This document shows positions 1 through 11,668 of a stretch of DNA of 64,000 nt, in pieces (position 1 is the stretch's first letter; every line of letters begins with the position of its first letter). The notes beneath the pieces are model-generated. The model saw nothing but the letters and a program-made list of their open reading frames with translations, ran no database searches and was not told where the DNA came from. The position numbers and the translations under genes were made by a program. The DNA comes from Octopus vulgaris (Eukaryota), in NCBI GenBank assembly GCA_951406725.2, contig OX597815.1:181970001-182034000 (forward strand). Reading direction: 5' to 3'.

Positions 1-137
1 AAAGGTGTTTATAACGTGCCACCTGCACGGGAGCCAGTCCAGTGCCACTGGCAATGACCAAGCTCAAATGTTGTACATATATAATATATATATATATATA
101 TACACACACACATATATACATTCACATATATAGATAT

Positions 138-193
<56 letters not shown>

Positions 194-384
194 GTGTATA
201 TTTAGGGATAAACCATTTGGTGGATAACCTAATGGGTTATCCCTAAATATACACGTATTGAAATTTTTTCTAATTTTTCAAATTTTTATATGCTAGACTA
301 CTGGTTTTAAATTGATATTAATTAAATTAATATTCAATTTATCTCTCTCATTATTTAAATTATATATATATATATATATGCATG

Positions 385-428
<44 letters not shown>

Positions 429-433
429 TATAC

Positions 434-465
<32 letters not shown>

Positions 466-508
466 ATATATATACACATATATATACATGTATATACATA
501 TATATATA

Positions 509-1591
509 CAGGGCACTGTTTTGGGACCACTACTGTTCATAATAGCCCTCTCAGACATGCCCTCAGCCACGCAGAGAGCCACGATCACAAGTTATGCAGA
601 TGATACAAAAGTTTCACAGGCAATACAGAACCCTGAAGACACTAAGCACCTGCAATGTGAGCTGGACGAAATATACAAGTGGGCGGAAAAGAATAGCATG
701 CAGTTCAATGCTGAAAAGTTTCAAGCTTTATACTATCAGCATGCAAAACTGAATGCAATACCCAATGAATACACTGGACCCGGAGGGATTGCAATCCCAG
801 AGACACAATCAGTGCGTGACCTGGGTATTCACATGAGTGATGACGCGACCTTTCATGTACATGTTGCTAAACTGGCAATGAAATGTAGATGGCTGGCTGG
901 ATGGATTCTTAGAACCTTTAGAACAAGAGAACAAGAAACCATGATGGTCCTCTGGAAGACACTTGTCCTAAGCCACTTTGACTATTGCTCTCAGATATGG
1001 TCACCATCCAGTGTCAAGTTGATCACAGAACTTGAGGCGATCCAATGAAGCTACACGAAGAAGATAGCCTCTGTACAGCATATGAGCTACTGGGAAAGAC
1101 TCAAGAGATTAAAGCTCTATTCCCTGGAGCATAGGCGAGAAAGATATGCCATAATATATATCTGGAAGATCCTGGAAGGACTTGTCCCAGACTTTGGCAT
1201 CGAGAGTCACACAAATGCCAGAACTGGACGCCACTGCGTAGTACCAAGGACTCCAAATTTGCCATCAAGATGTAGGATAAGATATTGTGATAGCCTGGGC
1301 TTCAGAGGCCCACAGCTCTTCAATATCCTCCCGAAGAACCTGAGGGACCTGCATGGTGTAGATGCGGATGTCTTTAAAGTAGGACTGGATCTCTTCCTGT
1401 TAGGTGTCCCGGATGAACCAACTTCACGGCAGGAGGTGCAGATGAGGGCAGCTGCATCGAACTCTCTCATGCATCAGATGGCGTTTGCTAAAAAGCATCC
1501 GTGAGGTAAAATCGTGTCGCAAACCAAATGGCGGTGCCCCAGCATGGCCACAGCTCATTAGCTGAAACTGGAAAAATCAAAAATCAAAATC
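509..1591 (+). mobile_element. 5'-truncated CR1/L2-group LINE (RT C-terminal half plus 3' tail), one in-frame stop
   Basis: [10 protein letters not shown]...SYADDTK RT motifs, VRDLGI, YWERLKRLKLYSLE; in-frame TGA at 1046; AAAATC tail repeats; begins inside a (TA)n tract. Confidence 0.93.
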
Positions 1592-1619
1592 ATCATATAT
1601 ATATATATGTATGTATGTA

Positions 1620-1778
1620 TGGTAAGTAGCTTGTTTACCAACCACATGGTTCCGGGTTCAGTCCCACTCTGTGGCGCCTTGGGCAAGTGTCTTCTACTAT
1701 AGCCTCGGGCTGACGAAAGCCTTGTGAGTGGATTTGGTGGACGGAAACTGAAAGAAGCCCGCTGAATATATGTATATA

Positions 1779-1812
<34 letters not shown>

Positions 1813-2028
1813 CGTGTGTGTTTGTGTTTGTCCCGCCAACATCACTTGACAGCTGATGCTGGTGTGTTTATGTCGCCGTCACTTAGCGGTTCGGCAAAGA
1901 GACCGATAGAATAAGTACTAGGCTTACAAAGAATAAGTCCCGGGGTCGAGTTGCTCGATTAAAGGCGGTGCTCCAGCAAAGCCACAGTCAAATGACTGAA
2001 ACAAGTAAAAGAGTAAAAAGAGTAAAGA

Positions 2029-2030
<2 letters not shown>
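1620..2030 (+). mobile_element. tRNA-derived SINE family A (CORE-like TTGGGCAAG, internal TA/TG microsatellite, AAAGAGT tail)
   Basis: GGTTCAGTCCC B-box-like head; more than 15 homologous copies in the window. Confidence 0.9.
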
Positions 2031-2072
<42 letters not shown>

Positions 2073-2219
2073 CATAAATGAGGGCAAAGGAAAAAAATTC
2101 TAATGCCAAATATGCCGAAAAATTGGACATATTGTCCATTAACCATATAAATTTTTTCACAATACGCACGCTACTTGAAAAACGGTCGACAGAAATTTCT
2201 TAAAAATTCCATTATTACC

Positions 2220-2274
2220 ATATCGGACCGATTTCAGAGTTAGCTACTAAGAGCCCTCTCTTCGTCAGTGATAC
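2220..2274 (-). ncRNA. Minimal type-I hammerhead ribozyme motif
   Basis: Minus strand GUAUCA-CUGACGA-AGAG..CUCU-GAAA-UCGG-UC/CGAUAU; one helix I mismatch. Confidence 0.7.
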
Positions 2275-2721
2275 ATGTGGCAAAAGAGGTAAATGAGATA
2301 CTTACTCATACCCATGGAAGAAGCAAATACTAAGTCATGGGCACAACCAAGTACCCCAAATACATCCAAAGTAGAAATACTCCAGCCCATTCGAGGCACG
2401 TGCGATTTGAACTGAAGGTCTCACAGAGTGAGTTAGTTAGTCGGAAGTGAACGCTTAAATTTATATCAAATGTGAGGATAAAATTCTTTTCGAAAAAAAA
2501 TATTTTTTCGAAAAAAATTTTATCAATGGCCAGCATATTAAAAAATACCTTTAACGGTTAAATTTATAAACAATTCATAAATGAGAGCAAAGGAAAAAAA
2601 TTCTAATGCAAAATATGCCGAAAAATTGGACATATTGTCCATTAGCCATATAATTTTTTCACAATATGCACGCTACTCGAAAAAAGGTCGACAGAAATTT
2701 CTTAAAAATTCCATTATTACC

Positions 2722-2776
2722 ATATCGGACCAATTTCAGAGTTAGCTACTAAGAGCCCTCTCTTCGTCAGTGATAC
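2722..2776 (-). ncRNA. Minimal type-I hammerhead ribozyme motif (tandem copy)
   Basis: Same motif 502 nt away; helix III reads GAAAUUGGUC. Confidence 0.65.
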
Positions 2777-3631
2777 ATGTGGCAAAAGAGGTAAATGAGA
2801 TACTTACTCATACCCATGGAAGAAGCAAATACTAAGTCATGGGCACAACCAAGTACCCCAAATACATCCAAAGTAGAATTACTCCAGCCTCATTTATGAA
2901 TTGTTTATAAATTTAACCGTTAAAGGTATTTTTTAATATGCTGGCCATTGATAAAATTTTTTTCGAGAAAATATTTTTTTTCGAAAAGAATTTTATCCTC
3001 ACATTTGATATATATATATATATATATATATATAAAGCAATATATCTCAAACCCCTCTTTCAAAGTTTCCTTGTACTTCTGCTGCACTAGCTGTGACCCA
3101 AAACATTAATCTTTAATGGCTTCACCCAGCGAACCAGCTTACACCATTTCTATTTTAATCTGATTTCATTAAAAATAATACAACACTACTAACCTACCAA
3201 TTCTAGTTACAGTTATACAGCTTTCATCGAACAAACATTTTTGTAATTGAGAAAATTCGTCTGAGTGCACAGGGTGGAGAGAAGCCATTGAATTTACATT
3301 CGCAGACAGTAATTCATGTTCGCTTACACCAATTTTGATTAAAGCAATTTTCCAAAACAACTTTGATATGGTTTGCATCTGGTTTTAGTGGCTTTGTCTG
3401 AATACTTCTGATAAAGCTACACTTTAGTTGTTGATTTACCAATTGTTTTCTTACACCCACCAACCAGATGTGTTGAACATGATAGGCAAACTAATAACCA
3501 TCTTCTATTCCATTCGCTTCTCACCTTCACACAAATACGTTTTCACACACAGTGAATTGGTAGAGTTGTTGCTTAATTTTAACGAAGCCATAGATAAGCG
3601 AATCTAATGATCAAACTCCTTTTTTCTGAAT

Positions 3632-4092
3632 AGGTGTATGTGTGACTTTGTGGTAAGATGCTTGCTTCCTTACCACATGGTTCAGAGTTCAGTCCCACTG
3701 TATGGCATCTTGGGCGGGTGTCTTCTACTATAGCCTTGGGCTGACCTAATCTTTCTGAGTAGATTTGGTAGACGGAAACTGAAAGAAGCCTATCATATAT
3801 TATGTGTGTGTGTGTGTGTGTGTGTGCGTATGTACATGTGTGTGTGTGTTTGCTTGTGTGCATGTGTATGTTTGTGCGTGTATGTGTGCACATGTGCATG
3901 TGTATGTGTGTGCCTGTGTGTGTGTACTTGTCTCCCACTACTACTTCGCAACCAGTGTTGGTTTGTTTACATCTAATTTAATGGTTCGTAAAATGTACCG
4001 ATAGAATAAGACTCAGGCTCCAAAAAAAGAAAAAGCGCTAGGGTTGATTTGTTCAACTAAAAATTCTTCAAGGCAGTGCCCCAGCATGACCA
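3632..4092 (+). mobile_element. SINE family A copy
   Basis: Homologous to 16424-16827. Confidence 0.85.
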
Positions 4093-4347
4093 GTTTCCTT
4101 GGCGTATAGGTTCCCCACCTGAACTGGATGCCTATCCATTGCAGGTGAGCTGCTTGATGCAGGAGGAAAAGAGTGAGAGTAAGTTGTGATGAAGGAATCA
4201 GCAAAAGTTAATCATTACCTTCTGCCGGAGCTGCATCGAGCTTAGGTGTTCCACTCATAAACACATATATTGCCTGGTCTGAGATTTGAACCCACGATCG
4301 CTCGACCATGAGTCTGCTGCTCTAACCACGAGGCCATGTGCCTCTCA
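4090..4347 (-). mobile_element. tRNA-derived SINE family E copy
   Basis: Reverse-complement homolog of 47617-47921. Confidence 0.75.
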
Positions 4348-4561
4348 CCAATACTATAGAGGTAAGTTAAAAGTGCACAGCCAGTATTTCTCAAAGATAG
4401 TCAGTGCAGTAACTCATTTTTAAGCTATTGCCCTTCTTCAGATAACCTGTTTAGCACTAAATATTACTTTGAGGATTAGCCCCACTTCAACTTTGGACAT
4501 GCAGACCCTTGGACAAAAGTATTCTAGGTGTAACCACTCTTTTCAAGCTATGTTATCAGAC

Positions 4562-4852
4562 ACAGTTCTATATTTAAGAAATGAGGAATTATGTACATTA
4601 TTTACATTATTTACATTTGATGGATATTTGTCCTCATCTTGTTTGTTGTTAACACAACGTTTCAGCTGATATACCCTCCAGCCTTCATCAGGTGTCTTGG
4701 GGAAATTTTGAACCTGGATTCTCATTCCTGAAGTATTTTTTGATTATTATTATTCAGCTTGTCGCCTGGAATCAAACTCGGAATCTTGGGGTTAGTAGCC
4801 CAAACTCTTAACCCCAAGATTCTGAGTTCGATTCCAGGCAGTGACCTGAATG

Positions 4853-4919
<67 letters not shown>

Positions 4920-5009
4920 CATTGAAAAATACCTTAGGAATGAGAACCCAGGTTCGAAATTTCCCCAAGACACCTGAGGAAGGCTGAAAGGGTATATCAG
5001 CCAAAATGT
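4562..5009. mobile_element. Head-to-head dimer of the tRNA-headed hammerhead element
   Basis: Minus copy 4562-4813 joined via TAACC microhomology to plus copy 4809-5009; homologous to 53285-53613. Confidence 0.85.
4651..4696 (-). ncRNA. Minimal hammerhead motif (tRNA-headed family)
   Basis: GACAC-CUGAUGA-AGGCUG..CAGCU-GAAA-CGUU/GUGUU. Confidence 0.75.
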
Positions 5010-5015
5010 GGCTAT

Positions 5016-5245
5016 TTAACCCTTTCAGTGCCAACCCGGCTGAAACCACCTCTGGCTCTGTAATACAAATGTCTTGTTTTCAAAAGATCTGAATTAAAAT
5101 CTTCCACCAAACCTTAGTCACAGTTTATGTTCCTAACACTAGCTTAATGATAACTAAGTTATTTTACTAAATTATTTGTTATATTTAAAATTAATTGAAA
5201 GAAACACAGAGCATCTCAAAATAAATATAGTAAAAAAAGGATTAA
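5016..5245 (+). mobile_element. TTAA-flanked piggyBac-type MITE (family F)
   Basis: TTAA-CCCTTT ... AAAGG(G/A)-TTAA termini; further copies at ~5390-5509, 25797-26026(-), 27314-27520, 27665-27894, 54462-54550. Confidence 0.7.
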
Positions 5246-5522
5246 GAAGAAAAATAATCAGCAGAAGACATGAGAGAAGGAGATCTCAATGTGGTCACTC
5301 TATATGCTAGAAATAATAGCCTAAATTTCCTTTAATCAACATCCTTCCAACTGGTTCTAATGTATATCTGCCCAAATGTAGAAGTGTGTATAACCCTTTT
5401 GATATTAACCCACCTGAAACTGCATCTGACTCTGTAGTACAAATGCCTTGTTTTCATAAGTTTTGAATTAAAATCTTCCACCAAATCTTAGTCACAATTT
5501 ACGTTCCTATATATATATATAT

Positions 5523-5877
5523 ACTCTTTACTCTCTCTTTACTTTTTTACTTGTTTCAGTCATTTGACTGCGGCCATGCTGGAGCACTGCCTTTAGTTGA
5601 GCAAATTGACCCCAGGACTTATTCTTTGTAAGCCTAGTACTTATTCTATAGGTCTCTTTTGCTGAACTGCTAAGTTACGGGGACGTAAACACACCAGCAT
5701 TGGTTGTCAAGCGATGTTGGGGTGACAAACAAAGACATACAAAGACACACACACACATATATATACATATATACGACGGGCTTCTTTCAGTTTCCATCTA
5801 CCAAATCCACTCACAAGGCTTTGGTCGGCCCAAGGCTATTATAGAAGACATTTGCCCAATGTGCCATACAGTGGGAC
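5523..5877 (-). mobile_element. SINE family A copy
   Basis: Reverse-complement homolog. Confidence 0.85.
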
Positions 5878-6484
5878 AGCATTCGTAAACCGAGGTATAA
5901 AATGAATATGAGAAAGACAAGAGATAAAGTACAATTTATTTGTGATCAGAGTTGTTTGAGGTTCTACTGTACAGTGTCCCAATCAGCAATTAATTAGCTG
6001 TGTACTGTTTGTGATGAAAATGCTTGCAAAGAATTAAAACTGGTATAAGATTAACTGGCATCAATAAACAAGCAATTACGAGTGCTGTTTGTATAAAACA
6101 AAGATTTAGCCTCATGTGATCGTCTGTTCTGGAATATTGGAAAGTATACTGAGGTGGAATATCTTACAGAATTATTGTATATTAATGGACATTTTCTATA
6201 CGTTTAAAAAGTTTCGAGTGCTGCTGACATGCAAACATGAAATAAAATACAAGGAAAATGTAACCAACTAACTTTTAATTTCATCTGATCACTCCATTAA
6301 TGTAAATGGTTGATTAGTAACTATCAGAATTCATTCATTCATCAAATTACCTGGTAATTAATTGCTTAGTGAAACTGTTGTAAACTTTACATTTAATCTG
6401 GCAAAGTGAAGGAAATATAACAAAAGAAATTATATCGTTTGAACAAAATCTAGATTTCAGTTGCTTTGAGAACATTAGGAAAGA

Positions 6485-6607
6485 ACATTCAACGGATATT
6501 AGTCCTCATCTTGTTTGCTGTTAACACAATGTTTCGGCTGATATACCCTCCAGCCTTCATCAGGTGTCATGGGGAAATTTCAAACCTGGGTTCTCATTCT
6601 TAAGGTA
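6485..6607 (-). mobile_element. Fragment of tRNA-headed hammerhead element (motif 6523-6568)
   Basis: Homologous to 53455-53570. Confidence 0.75.
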
Positions 6608-6766
6608 CATGCTAGAGCACCGCCTTTAAGTCGAGCAAATCGACCTCAGAACTTATTATTTGTAAGCCTAGTACTTATTCTATCATTTTCTTTTGCTGAA
6701 CTGCTAAGTTATGGGGACGTTAACACACCAGCATCAGTTGTCAAGCACACAGAAACATGTACACAT

Positions 6767-6827
<61 letters not shown>

Positions 6828-6995
6828 AATGACAGGCTTCTTTCAGTTTCCAACTACCAAATCCACTCACAAGGCTTTGGTCAGCCTGAAGCTATAGTAG
6901 AAAACACTTGCCCAAGGTGCCACACAAGTGGGACTGAACCCAGAACCATGTAGTTGGAAAGCAAGCTTCTTACCACACAGCCACTCCTTCGCCTG
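6608..6995 (-). mobile_element. SINE family A copy
   Basis: Reverse-complement homolog. Confidence 0.85.
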
Positions 6996-7507
6996 TATAT
7001 ATGAATTTGCTCATGGATCATAGTTGTAGACACTATTTATCATTTGTAATCAGAGCAGATAATGTTACGTGAACTGAGAAATGTACGTGAGTGAGTGAAA
7101 GAGTGGGTGTCTGCTATAATTCTTCTGTTGCTCTGAAATTGGTTTGGCACAATCATAATGCACACGAATTGATATACTAAATCCAATGCTAACAGTTGAG
7201 TTCATATTCTCCCCCAGATTATATTAGCTGTTGATTCCACCAATTACAATGATTATCTGATACATCTAAATATTCCAAGTCCATTCACTTATTTCAGTTT
7301 GCCATTATTTTTCATTTCCAAATCTGGGATATGGCTTTGTTGATACTACAGCTAATTTAACCAATTCTAAAAGCAGCTTTCATAAAGCCGAATTCTTCAC
7401 TGTGTACCTATTAGATTGTCAGAGTCAATATAGGAAATGTTTCTTGGAGAAGATAAACACCATAACAAGATTTTATTGCTTCTATCCATGGAAATATTTG
7501 TCCAGTT

Positions 7508-7534
7508 TTAAGATGTGTTGGTTCTAATGTAGTT
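7508..7534 (-). CDS. Candidate terminal exon (NYIRTNTS*) of putative minus-strand gene
   Basis: Pyrimidine-rich acceptor TTTCTTTCTTGCTGTAG; phase 0 fits exon 9280-9409; an alternative frame is open for ~40 codons. Confidence 0.25.
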   Translation of the reverse strand, partial: NYIRTNTS

Positions 7535-7762
7535 CTACAGCAAGAAAGAAACGTTAGGTTAAAATACTGAATGACTGGCTACTACTGGTCAACTGTTCTG
7601 TTCTGTTGTGTAACAGGGCAAGACTCATTCCTCTATTTGCTCTATGTTACTTGACTGATAAGAGACAACGCTTCTTCTACTTTAGAGGCTTTCAGCTGTA
7701 AAATCAAACATAAACTATTACATCAATTATTTACATTATTTACATTCGAGAAATATTTATCT

Positions 7763-9240
7763 TAATAATAATAATAATAATAATAATAATTGTGTACAGT
7801 GCTCAGGTGCACTACAACTCATCTAAAGTGTATATATAATCAGGTGTAGTTTCGGCGGATTTCGGAAAGCGTGAGGGCCTTAAAAGATGCAGTGTCATGG
7901 CAGTCAACAACTGACGCAGGCAGTTTATTCCATGCTTCAGCAACTCTGAGCGTGAAAAAATGTTTCCGAAAGTCATGGGAGCTGTATTGTTTTCTGACTT
8001 TGTAGGCATGTCCACGTGTGTTAGACACATGGAGATCAAAAAGGTGTTCAGTGTTGTTGTTGGTGAGGTGGTTGATAACTTTGTGGGTGTTTACCAAGTC
8101 CGTCGCCAAACGCCGGAGCTTCAGTGAATCCATGCCCAGGGAAACAAGGCGCTCAGAATATGGTAGGTGTCTGATGGAGGGTATGCATTTGGTTGCACGT
8201 CTCTCGACAGATTCCAGGAGGTCAATGTTCTGTGCAAGATAGGGGTTCCAAACTGATGATGCGAATTCCAAGTGTGGTCGTACCATAGCTGTATACAGTT
8301 TTAAATAGATGGCTGGAGAGCGGCTAACAAAAGACCTGCTGAGTGATGCCAAGACACCCTCGGCCTTCCTGACAATCTTAGAGATATGCTTTGACCAACG
8401 CAAATCACTGCTGACAGTGATGCCTAGGTCACGCTCGCAAGAGGATTTCTTGATATCAGTGTTGTGGAGGGAGTATGTGAACGCAGGGTTTTTTCTCCCA
8501 AAATGCATGGTGGTACACTTGTCCACAGCCAGTTTCAGTTGCCAGTCTGTGATCCATTGCTGCATTGTGTCTAGGTCTGATTGCAGGAAAGAGTTGTAGA
8601 CATCAGGATCTGTCCTCTTGATTTCAAGGTACAGCTTGATGTCGTCTGCATATTTCAATACTGTGGCATTCCTTAAATTGGCATCTATGTCGTTAATGTA
8701 TGCCACAAACAAGAGGGGACCAAGGACAGATCCCTGTGGTACACCCGATGACATCTCATATGGTGTAGAGTGCTGTCCTAGAACTGTGACTACCTCCTTT
8801 CGGCTGAGGATGAAGGATTTCAACCAGTTAAAAAGGTCATCCCCCACACCCATTGCAGAGAGTTTCACCATAAGCCTTTTGTGTGGCACAGAGTTGAAAG
8901 CCTTAGCAAAGTCAAGGTAGACAACATCCACCCATGAGCCACTGTCAGTAATCTGAGTAATGTCCTCAAGGAACTCGACAAGCTGGTCACTGCAGCTGGA
9001 GTTAGGGACAAATCCATATTGTGAGGGTCGGATGAGACTGTGAGAGCTCCAGAAGTTCCAGAGTGTTTCTCTGACACACGATTCCATCAGTTTTGCAATA
9101 CAGCTAGTGAGACTGACTGGGTGATAGTTGCCAGGTGATGTGCGGTCGCCCTTTTTGAACAGAGGAATGACACTGGCAGTTTTCCACTGCTCCGGAGTAG
9201 CACCATTGTTGAGACAGTACTGGAAGAAAATAGAAATAAG
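7763..9240 (-). mobile_element. 5'-truncated CR1/L2-group LINE with uninterrupted RT ORF and (ATT)n tail
   Basis: PEQWKTASVIPLFKKGDR, YLDFAKAFNSVPH, GVPQGSVLGPLLF, KYADDIKL, ERDLGI, TRGHAYK. Confidence 0.95.
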
Positions 9241-9279
9241 TTTCAGATTCTGTGTCTTTGAAAGAAAAAAACGAAATAC

Positions 9280-9409
9280 CTGAGCTAAAATTATTAGAAA
9301 AGGTGTTTCATTTTTGTGTATGATTTGCAAGATTCTTGATGTGAGTTCATGTATTGAAACAAATGTTGTTGCCCTTTCAAGGGGCTTATTTTGCCAATAA
9401 AACTCCATG
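9280..9409 (-). CDS. Candidate internal exon (SMEFYWQNKPLE...TPFLIILAQ)
   Basis: TAG acceptor, CAG|GTATTT donor, open frame, phase 2 to 0; non-repetitive sequence. Confidence 0.35.
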
Positions 9410-9687
9410 CTATTTGTCAACTATCTAATTAATTAACCAGTTAAGTAATTAATTGCTTGACCAATTATCTGACATCCACTAAAGCTGGATATGATTGTTA
9501 TTATTAATTTTCTCCTGGTCAGCACTAATCGAAATGACCTATGCGCAAAGTGCTGCAACTATCACTGGCATCTTATCTTCAGACATGCTGCACCTAAAAA
9601 TGCATAACTGAATCTGGCATTCCTTTATTAAGGTGTGATTAAATGGGAATTTCTTTATTATTTCTGGGAGCTTTTTGATGATTTAGA

Positions 9688-10541
9688 TCAGTGGTGCTCA
9701 ACCAGAGTCCACATAAGACATTATCATCGTTGTCATTTAACGCTCGCTTTCCATGCTGGCATGGGTTAGATGGTTTGACTGAGGACTGGAGAGCCAGAAA
9801 TTTGCACCAGACTCCAATCTGATCTGGCAAAGTTTCTACAGCTGGATGCCCTTCCTAATGCCAACCATTCAAGTGTGATTGTTACAAGCGTCGCCTTACT
9901 GGAACTTGTTCCGGTGGCACATGAAAAACATTCGAGCAAGGTCATTGCCAGTGCTGCTGGACTGGCTCTCGTGCAGGTGGCATGTAAAAAACACCATTTG
10001 AGTGTGGCCATTGCCAGTACAACCTGACTGGCCCTCGTATCGGTGGCATGTAAAAGCACCCACTACACTCTTGGAGTGATTGGTGTTAGGAAGGACATCC
10101 AGCTGTAGAAACTCTGCCGGATCAGCCATCTGGTTTGCCAGACCTCAGTCAAATCGTCCAACCCATACTAGCATGGAAAGCAGATGTTAAACGATGATGA
10201 TGATGATGATAATGATATATATATATATATATAAGTGTGTGTGTTTGTGTGTCTGTGTTTATGTCCACATAACTTAGCAGTTTGGCAAAAGAGACCGATA
10301 GAATTAGTACTAAGCTTACTAAGAATAAGCCCTGGGGTCGATTTGTTCTACTAAAGGTTGTGCTCTAGCATGGCTGCAGTAAAATGACTGAAACAAGTAA
10401 AAAGAGTAAAAGAGAATATTTAATGATAAAAATATGATGGGTTTTTTAAATTATCAATTGACTGTCTTCTGGGGTCACCTGGAGTAAAAGAAAATGTCAA
10501 GGGGCCCAGAGGTAAAAAAAAAAAAATTTTGACAACCATTG
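9688..10541. mobile_element. hAT (Charlie-like) MITE split by nested SINEs
   Basis: CAGTGGTGCTCAACC start and degenerate TTGACAACCATTG end; similar 8-mers ATTTAGAT/ATTAAGAA on the flanks. Confidence 0.5.
9720..10212. mobile_element. SINE family B ((GAT)n tail, internal ~60-bp subrepeats), inverted pair
   Basis: GGCATCCAGCTGTAGAAAC...GCATGGAAAGC.GA.GTTAAACGATGATGAT in both orientations. Confidence 0.8.
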
Positions 10542-10708
10542 ATTAAGAAGAATGCTTGTTTCTCAGAATCAGTTAAATTGCTTACCAGATTTTTAGATGA
10601 TATTTAAGGCAAAAATATCTCTTTCACTTTTTAATGATATCAAGCAACAATGCTATCGTGTGATTATATTGTAAGGATCCCCACAAAAGTGTAATGAAAA
10701 TCAATTAC

Positions 10709-10798
10709 CTGACAATATGACAAGGAAAATAGATAAATTTCCAAAGTTCCAAAATGGAAAGTGTCTCATTACATGACATATTGAAATTTTTATTTAAT
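10709..10798 (-). CDS. Candidate internal exon (LNKNFNMSCNETLSILELWKFIYFPCHIV)
   Basis: CTCTGTTTCAG acceptor, CAG|GTAATT donor, one open frame, phase 2 to 2. Confidence 0.4.
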
Positions 10799-11065
10799 CT
10801 GAAACAGAGCCTTTTCAAAGTAATTTCAAACCAAATTGCTCCCTACCTCACACAAAATATCTAGCACTTTACAAGTAGAGATGTTATATTTTCTGAAATT
10901 AGAATGGTAAAAATACATACCGAATCAATTTTCAATCTATTTCTCAATTATAATAAAAATAATACTAAAATATTGTGCATAAAAAAATAAAAAAAACAAA
11001 TTCATGCAAAAATTTTGATATCTTTCAATGAAATATTAGCTGCATTTCCAACACATGCATATGTG

Positions 11066-11066
11066 C

Positions 11067-11106
<40 letters not shown>

Positions 11107-11536
11107 TTGTATGTATGCATATATAAAGAGAGAGAGAGAGACAAATACACACACACATATATATATAGTAAGAGGATTGATTAATATTATCAATATTGTA
11201 CTATATATATATATATACATATGTATATATATATGCATATATATGCATATATATACATGTATATATATATACATGTATAGGTATATATATATATACATGT
11301 ATATATATATATGTATATATATGTATATATGTATGTATATGTATATATATGTATTGTGTACATATATACATATGCATTTATATGTATATATGTATGTATA
11401 TGTATATATAGATATATAAATATGTGTGTATGTATGTATGTATGTATATATATATATGTGTGTGTGTGTATATATATATGTATGTATATATATGTGTGTA
11501 TATATATATGTGTGTATGTGTATATATATATGTATG

Positions 11537-11613
<77 letters not shown>

Positions 11614-11633
11614 ATAACCATGCCTGCACCTAC

Positions 11634-11668
<35 letters not shown>
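11066..11668. repeat. Compound (TA/TG/CA)n microsatellite
   Basis: Directly visible; source of many spurious YIYI ORFs. Confidence 0.95.

Larger units (their letters stand above)
2069..3012 (-). mobile_element. PLE pLTR/retrozyme-like non-autonomous element: ~502-bp tandem unit x1.6 plus terminal inverted segment
   Basis: 2069-2388 repeated at 2572-2889; 2890-3012 is the reverse complement of ~2462-2584; hammerhead motif in each unit; (TA)n on both flanks. Confidence 0.75.

Noticed and set aside
3169-3500. Possible further exon or zinc-finger linker (GEKP)
   Set aside because: No C2H2 spacing, stops in each frame, and no convincing acceptor-donor pair.
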